From: Octopus bimaculoides
Taxonomy: Eukaryota
Length of the DNA stretch: 40,275 nt
Assembly (NCBI RefSeq): GCF_001194135.2
Contig: NC_068983.1
Span: forward strand, 149,743,869 to 149,784,143
Reading direction: 5' to 3'
Positions 33,761 to 40,275 of this stretch are shown one piece after another. Within the stretch, counting starts at the first letter, position 1. The number at the start of each line of letters is the position of its first letter. The notes beneath the pieces are model-generated. The model saw only the letters and a list, made by a program, of their open reading frames with translations. It had not been told where the DNA came from and searched no databases. Position numbers and translations under genes: made by a program.

Positions 33761-35177
33761 ATGTCCATGAAATAAAACATCATCCAGATGTTTGGCCTAC
33801 ATCATGCTTTCTAACCAGAATGACGATATGTTGGCACCTGTACGAGTTGGCTGCCGCTAACTAAGAAGTTATGGAGAGCAAGGTTACTTATTTTTTGTAT
33901 GCATCGTGTGAATGAAATGCGAACATGCCACTAAACAGACAAACAAACGCAAGATTTACACATACACACGCGTACTTAGGCATTCATATAACTGTTTGGC
34001 TATTGACTTCTTTGCAGTAATCCTCTTTTTACACACACACACACACAAAACGTGCATGTATACATATGTACATACGCATGTATGTGTGAATATACATATC
34101 TAAGTATGTATACGTATAATATACACATATGTATATTAGAGTTGTACTTGACTAGCAAGTCACTTGATCTGAGACCGTTTGTTGAAAACAATTACATCAT
34201 GGAATAGCTTTTAAGACCGTTTAATATCACACAAAACCATGAAGTTCATTTAAATTTATTGCATGAGTCATCAAAATGTATTATATGAGTCGTCAAAATT
34301 TTCGTCATACAACTGCGACCCATCAGGGCAAGTCGATTACATCGAATCTCGTGCTCAAAATTTCAAGCCTTGTGCCTATAACAGAAAGGATTATTATCTT
34401 CTTCTACTCTATTACAATTTTTGTTACAGTATAGAGAGCATGTTCTCTCTACATCATTCATAAGAATATCATTGCATCTTTGCTAACCTTTTAAGTGCAT
34501 TCGGAAGATAACAGGCTAAATGTGGTCTACTATTAAATTCTTTAATTAGGTAGTTGCCAACATGGATTTTCTATAATGCGGGTTTTCTGCTATGCTAGTA
34601 TGATACGGGTATCCCGTTGATAGTAATGTCTTATATTCATTTCCATCTCCAAGAAATGTAACTTTCCCCTCCCCACACTTGGGTTTTATACATATGTAGA
34701 TGCGAATGAAAATATATATGCGTGTGTAAATATATAATGTATGAATATATAATTACAACCGTAAATATATATTAATTGATGCTTATAAAATAATGTTGAT
34801 GTCAACATTATTTTCATGTGCCCATCTTTTTCTTTTTCGTACAAACATACGTACGTATATACATACACACCTACATAAATTTACACGACACTGCGTACAC
34901 AAGAAAATCTAAAATAAAGATACATTTTAAATAGTTAAACTACATTTTTTAAAGCGTTTTGAAATGCCATGTTTAAATTTAGATAAGCGATTATGATGAT
35001 GTTGGATCTCGAAATAAACTATCAAACGGAGTATGGATTTTAATGATGAGAAAAACGTCAGCTGTACACTTTCAATAGATAGTAAGTTTATGTATTGTGG
35101 AGTTGATCGTATTGGACTGTTACAAGTATAGTTGTGACAAGTTCTAACAAGATAAGAATATCATACGGAACATATTC

Positions 35178-35568
35178 TTTTATTGTTTCTTTTACTTGGT
35201 TCAGTCATTAGACTGCAGCCTTACTGAAGCACCGCCTCGAAGAATTTTAGTCGATCGAATCGACGCCAGTACTTATTAATGTTTGTAAAGCTTTAGTACT
35301 TATTGTATCAGTCTTTTTTGCCGAACCGTTAATTTACAGGGGATGTAAGCACATACCAATTGCCAATCGATGATGGGAGACAAATACACACACACACGCG
35401 CGCGCGCTGGGCTTCTTTCAATTTCCGCCAACCAACTCCACTCACAAAGCTTTGGTCGCCCCGAGATATAGTGGAAGACGCCCAAGGTGCCACGCAGTGG
35501 GACTACCCGGAATCGTGTGGTGGTGGTGGTAGTGGGGCAGACTTCTTACCACACAGCCACGGTATGCC
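35178..35568 (-). mobile_element. Older full-length copy of the main SINE
   Basis: ttacttggttcagtcattagactgcagcc...gccgaaccgtt...cacaaagctttggtcgcc...cccaaggtgccacgcagtgggact...accacacagccac. Confidence 0.85.
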
Positions 35569-36092
35569 GTTTGATTATCAAGCTGCCTGTAAAGTGTCAG
35601 CATTTTAAATATTCATAACATCAATAGGAATTTAAAAGTCCTTACTTTAAATAAAAATCCAAAAGTACTTTTGGCACACCACGATCAGACAAATCCGTTG
35701 ACAGCTTTGAGATTTATTAAACCATTCCATGATGTGTACGTTATTACACAAATATACCCGCACAAGCACATGCACGTGCACAAACACATGCACAAATGTG
35801 TGTGTAGATGCATGTGCGTGCGTATGTGTGGGTGCTTGTGTGTGTTTGTGCGTGTGTATGTATGTGTGTGTGTGTATGTGTATTAATCGAAATGTACAGT
35901 ATTAACCATTACGGCCGATCTTATCAATCGGTTTCGCACTAGGGGATCCAACAGTGTTAGGTAACAGAGGTGGCCGTTATGGAATGAAATATGGCGACTG
36001 CTCTCTATTGCTAGAAGTGAATAGACACATCCGGTTTGTGGTTGCTATGAAAAAGATGATGAAAAGAGTTTCTGGAAAACGTGTATGCCTTT

Positions 36093-36145
<53 letters not shown>

Positions 36146-36412
36146 NNNNNNNNNNNNNNNNNNNNNNNNNNNNNNNNNNNNNNNNNNNNNNNNNNNNNNN
36201 NNNNNNNNNNNNNNNNNNNNNNNNNNNNNNNNNNNNNNNNNNNNNNNNNNNNNNNNNNNNNNNNNNNNNNNNNNNNNNNNNNNNNNNNNNNNNNNNNNNN
36301 NNNNNNNNNNNNNNNNNNNNNNNNNNNNNNNNNNNNNNNNNNNNNNNNNNNNNNNNNNNNNNNNNNNNNNNNNNNNNNNNNNNNNNNNNNNNNNNNNNNN
36401 NNNNNNNNNNNN

Positions 36413-36492
<80 letters not shown>

Positions 36493-36541
36493 TATGACGA
36501 TTTCATTTCATTTCATTTGACCGTAAACATTTCTTTTTCAG

Positions 36542-39500
36542 TGATTATAGTCAATGAAGTATCTACTGAACTTGATGGGACAAGCGAGGATGTGGAACCA
36601 GAAGAAGAATTTGCTTCCAAAATACCCCTAAAATGGTTTAAACGAAAGAAGAGGTCTGTTGACGGAACACTTATTTTGCAAAATTCAACAGATGCAGCTG
36701 TCAATAGCTCAATTCTTCAAACCGTCACTCCAGTTGGTAACGAGCTAAGTTCTATAGGAACAACTGAAGATGTTACTGCAGACCACGAGGAGAATTATCA
36801 GAGCATTTCGTTGGATTTAGCTACAAGGAAACTCAATGTGACGACCAACACTAACTCTGTGAATAACTATGAGATTACTTCACTGCCTTTCGATTCAAGT
36901 AGTATCGATTTAGAAGTGAACGCATCCATTAATCAGGGAATGAACTCCACCGCATCAACGCATCGAGAATCTATTAAGCTTCGCACTACAAGTACAACGC
37001 CAACATTGGAGGAGAGTAGCATTTCTTTTAAATTTTCTTACGGTTTAAGCCCACAAACTACACCTCAGAGTAAACCAGAGAGCAGTAGTAGCGAAATATT
37101 TCTTACAGAATCGAGAGCTCACCAAAACATTTCAGCTCCTGATATTTATTCAAGTGAACATTCAACAGTATATTCCTCTAAACGATCAAACTCAAGCAAT
37201 ATTGAAGATGAATTTATAGATGCTACTAGCACAGAATTAAGTAGTTTTACAGCAGATGCAACCGTAAGTATGGGAAACAGTTATAAAATGCATAGTAGCA
37301 CTGGGTTCAGTGATAGTGTTACGACAGCTATAGCAATAGATACAAGAAACGACGTTGTAAATTCTACAGTCAATGACCTCGAAAGCGTTTCACTAACAAA
37401 ATCAACGAGTTCCCCACAAACTGCTTCTGTGTCCACTATTGCTCAAGATTCTCCAACACTACAAACAAACGATGAAGTTGCCATATCCCCTCACTATGAA
37501 ACGAATGAAAATAGTCTAAAAACCATAACGTATTCTTCAACAGTCATTGGAACCTCAGTCGATAATGGTTCAAATGATATAACTTCTACTTTTCAAAATA
37601 TCCCCACAGCAAACGCTTACGCAGCAAGTTTTACTGAGAATAACAACCCCTTGACAACAACATCAGTTAGCGATATTGCAAATAACATAAATAAAAAGAC
37701 AGCTTTGATAGGTATTCCATCAGAATTTTACACTTCAACGAAACTCTCAACTGATGGGGAACTAACTAACGAATCAATTTTTAAATCTGACGAACCACAT
37801 AATTGGACGGTGTCAAGTCCAACTGAAACAGCTAATACACAAGCCGAATTTACTCCAATATCTCCTCAAAATACTAATCCAACAAATATATTGGTCTCTG
37901 TTTCGGTGAATCATATAAACGTTGCTACTTCCCCTACTATATCGAAAGCAAGTGTCACTCCTCTCGAGTTAGAAACAACAACAGTCCACTTGCCAGATAA
38001 AAGTATCACAAGCTCTTCACAAACAGAATCTAATGATAGTGTCATTACGCTGACATCGCAATTAACTCACAACAGCTTAACTGAGAGCAAATTGACTGAA
38101 TCAACTACTGAGAGCTTAACTGAGAACAAATTGACTGAGTCAACCACTGAGATCATTATTTCTGATAAAACAAGTGAAACCCCAATCTACAGCTCAGAAA
38201 TTGGATCAACGTCAATGGAAAATATATTTATGACTGACGATAACATCCTTATAAAAACTGATGATTCGAACGATATATTAACCAGAGATTCAATGTGGCT
38301 AACATCAACAAATTTAAATGGCGATTCATCAACAAATGGTGTCTCACTTCACAAAGATATTGGATTTCAATCAACTCAAACACTAGAAGCAACGAAAGAA
38401 TTAACATATGACAAAAGCACTGTACAAACTACACCAGCATACAAGACCGAAATAGATTTAACAGCTACTACCTCTCCAGATTTGGGTGTAAAATATGATC
38501 CCAACACAGCAAAAACAGAAACTGAATCGGCGACTGTTTTAGAAACTGCAACAATAAAATTAATTGGGAACTCGACATTTTCGTTGTCTGATATGGAAAC
38601 GACGGATCAAGTTGAGACAACACATACAGACGAAAAATCGACAGCTTTAGAAAATGCTCTTGAAATGAAGACAAATACCTATTCTGTTTTAGAAGTGTCT
38701 ACAATCCAACATCAATATGTCAGTTCTAATGGTACCACCCCAACTGAAGGAGATAATTCTACAAAAACAACAAATTTGGATCAACGTTCAAATTCAGTTG
38801 AATTTACATCGATGCATGAACATTCTTCCCAACAATACAATACATTCAGCAATGCAGAAACTAGTCATACATTGACTACATCATCTCAACTGGCAAATGT
38901 TACGACAGAAAATCAGGCATTGTATACTACGACACCAGTGAATAATGTCTCGTTTCAAACAGACCTGCAAACCTCAGCTGAAATTACACTAGAAAAGAAA
39001 AAAGCAACTGAGATAATAACAGCAGCAAAAGCAGCAACAGCAACAACAGCAGCAATAGTAACAAAAGCAGCAGCAGAAGAAGCAACAACTGAAACAACGG
39101 TAGAAGTTACACCAATAGGAAAAACATCAGCGGGAGTAGAAACTGAAGTAACAACGATGGGAACAACAATGGAGGAAACAGAAGTTGCAACATTGGATTC
39201 AACAACTGTAGTAACATCAGCAACAAAAGTAGTAAAAGAGGCAACTACAGCAGCATCGACCAATATCACGACAACGACAACCGCCACCACTACTACAGTA
39301 ACAGAGCCATTAGAAAGGGCAAGTGACATGGTGGAGACACCAGCACAAGCAGCAATAACTGCGACTGAATCCTCAATAGCAACAACGACGGCAGAATCAG
39401 TTGAAATAGCAACTGCAGCAACAAGAATAACGGAACCTCCAACAGCAGCAGTAGCAACTACGATAAATACAGCAGCAACAGAACCAGCGAATGCAACAGG

Positions 39501-40275
39501 AGAAGCACCTGCAACAGCATCAACAACATCAGTACCAATAAATATATTATCAACAGTAAGAACAACGATTACAGAGCCATTAGATGAAGCAACAACAATT
39601 ATAACAGAACAATCAACACCACTATCCTCATCACCGGTACTAACAACTACAACAGCAACAACAACAAGACTTATAGAAACATCACCACTAACCACAGCGA
39701 AAACAACTACAGCAAAAGCAACTTCATTGGTCACACATCTATTAAAATCAGCAGCAACAACAGAACTACGGCCACCGCCACAGCCAGATTCTACAACTTG
39801 TAACACAACAGCAATACGAACAGAACTAACAAGTGCAACAAGATTGGAACCAACAATGCCAGATGCAACAACAGCAGCAGAACCGCGACCAGAAACAGGA
39901 GTAACAGCAGCGGATACACAAGTAACAACAACAATATTAGAAACAAAAGCGGATCCAGATCCACAACCGCAATCTGCAACAACAACAACAGCAACAACAA
40001 CATTAGCAATAGCTGGGGATCTACAAACAACAGCAACGACATTAGCAGTAGCAGCAACAACATTATTAGCGACAGCAACAGATGCTCAAACAACAGCAAA
40101 AGCAACATTAGCAATAGCAGCATCAACGATATTAGCAGCAGCAGCAGCAGAAGATACGCAGCCCATAGAAACAACGTTAGCAACAATAGCCGAGCCGCAA
40201 TCAACAACAGCCGAACCGCAATCAACAACAGCCGAGCCGCAATCAACAACAGCCGAGCCGCAATCAACAACAGCC
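36542..40275 (+). CDS. Giant exon of a Ser/Thr(/Ala/Glu)-rich mucin-like glycoprotein; partial, continues beyond window
   Basis: Acceptor catttctttttcag (AG 36540-36541); frame from 36544 read codon by codon with no stop for 1244 codons; KRKKR|SV at 36640-36660; many N-x-S/T sequons; one Cys (39799-39801); PTS repeats at the end. Absent from the ORF track, presumably because no stop occurs in the window. Confidence 0.88.
38074..38151 (+). repeat. In-frame 39-bp tandem duplication (SLTES/NKLTESTTE x2)
   Basis: agcttaactgagagcaaattgactgaatcaactactgag / agcttaactgagaacaaattgactgagtcaaccactgag. Confidence 0.9.
40189..40275 (+). repeat. 21-bp coding VNTR (AEPQSTT)n, at least 4 units, cut by window end
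   Basis: gccga(g/a)ccgcaatcaacaaca repeated. Confidence 0.95.

Larger units (their letters stand above)
5147..36412. other. Assembly gaps (N): 5147-5499, 15912-16601, 17911-18613, 19647-19836, 26367-26376, 28879-29529, 30389-31123, 36146-36412
   Basis: Runs of N, mostly flanked by microsatellites or repeats. Confidence 0.99.

Noticed and set aside
38955-40270. Long minus-strand ORFs (283 aa Val-rich and 159 aa Leu-rich)
   Set aside because: Antisense shadows of the ACA/GCA-rich mucin frame; the + strand frame is open for 3.7 kb, with a splice acceptor and coherent composition.

Overview
AT-rich, microsatellite-dense animal genomic DNA with eight N gaps. The SINE families resemble those I recall from Octopus (coleoid cephalopod) assemblies; the species is inferred, not verified. 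Two host genes are visible on the + strand. (1) An intact Toll-like receptor encoded by one coding exon (954-4373). It has the multi-cysteine-cluster Toll-type ectodomain but TWO tandem TIR domains, both with non-canonical BB-loop and alphaC residues. 116 bp after its stop lies a foldback element with near-perfect inverted arms that could form a long dsRNA 3' UTR. (2) A giant exon (36542 to window end, 1244 open codons, missed by the ORF track) encoding a Ser/Thr-rich mucin-like protein with an acidic N-terminal segment and an RKKR furin-type site; a candidate signal-peptide exon lies at 31771-31810. Between them is a transposon graveyard: a mariner split by a chimeric Tx1/L1-like LINE, further Tx1 relics, five Dong/R4-type LINE pieces (three stacked around a (TAA)n microsatellite), a second mariner with both TIRs, a Penelope-like GIY-YIG fragment, MITEs, tRNA-derived SINEs, a degenerate hammerhead-like motif and an exact 82-bp inverted duplication beside a gap. 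No prokaryotic features, CRISPR arrays, rRNA or bona fide tRNA genes were seen.
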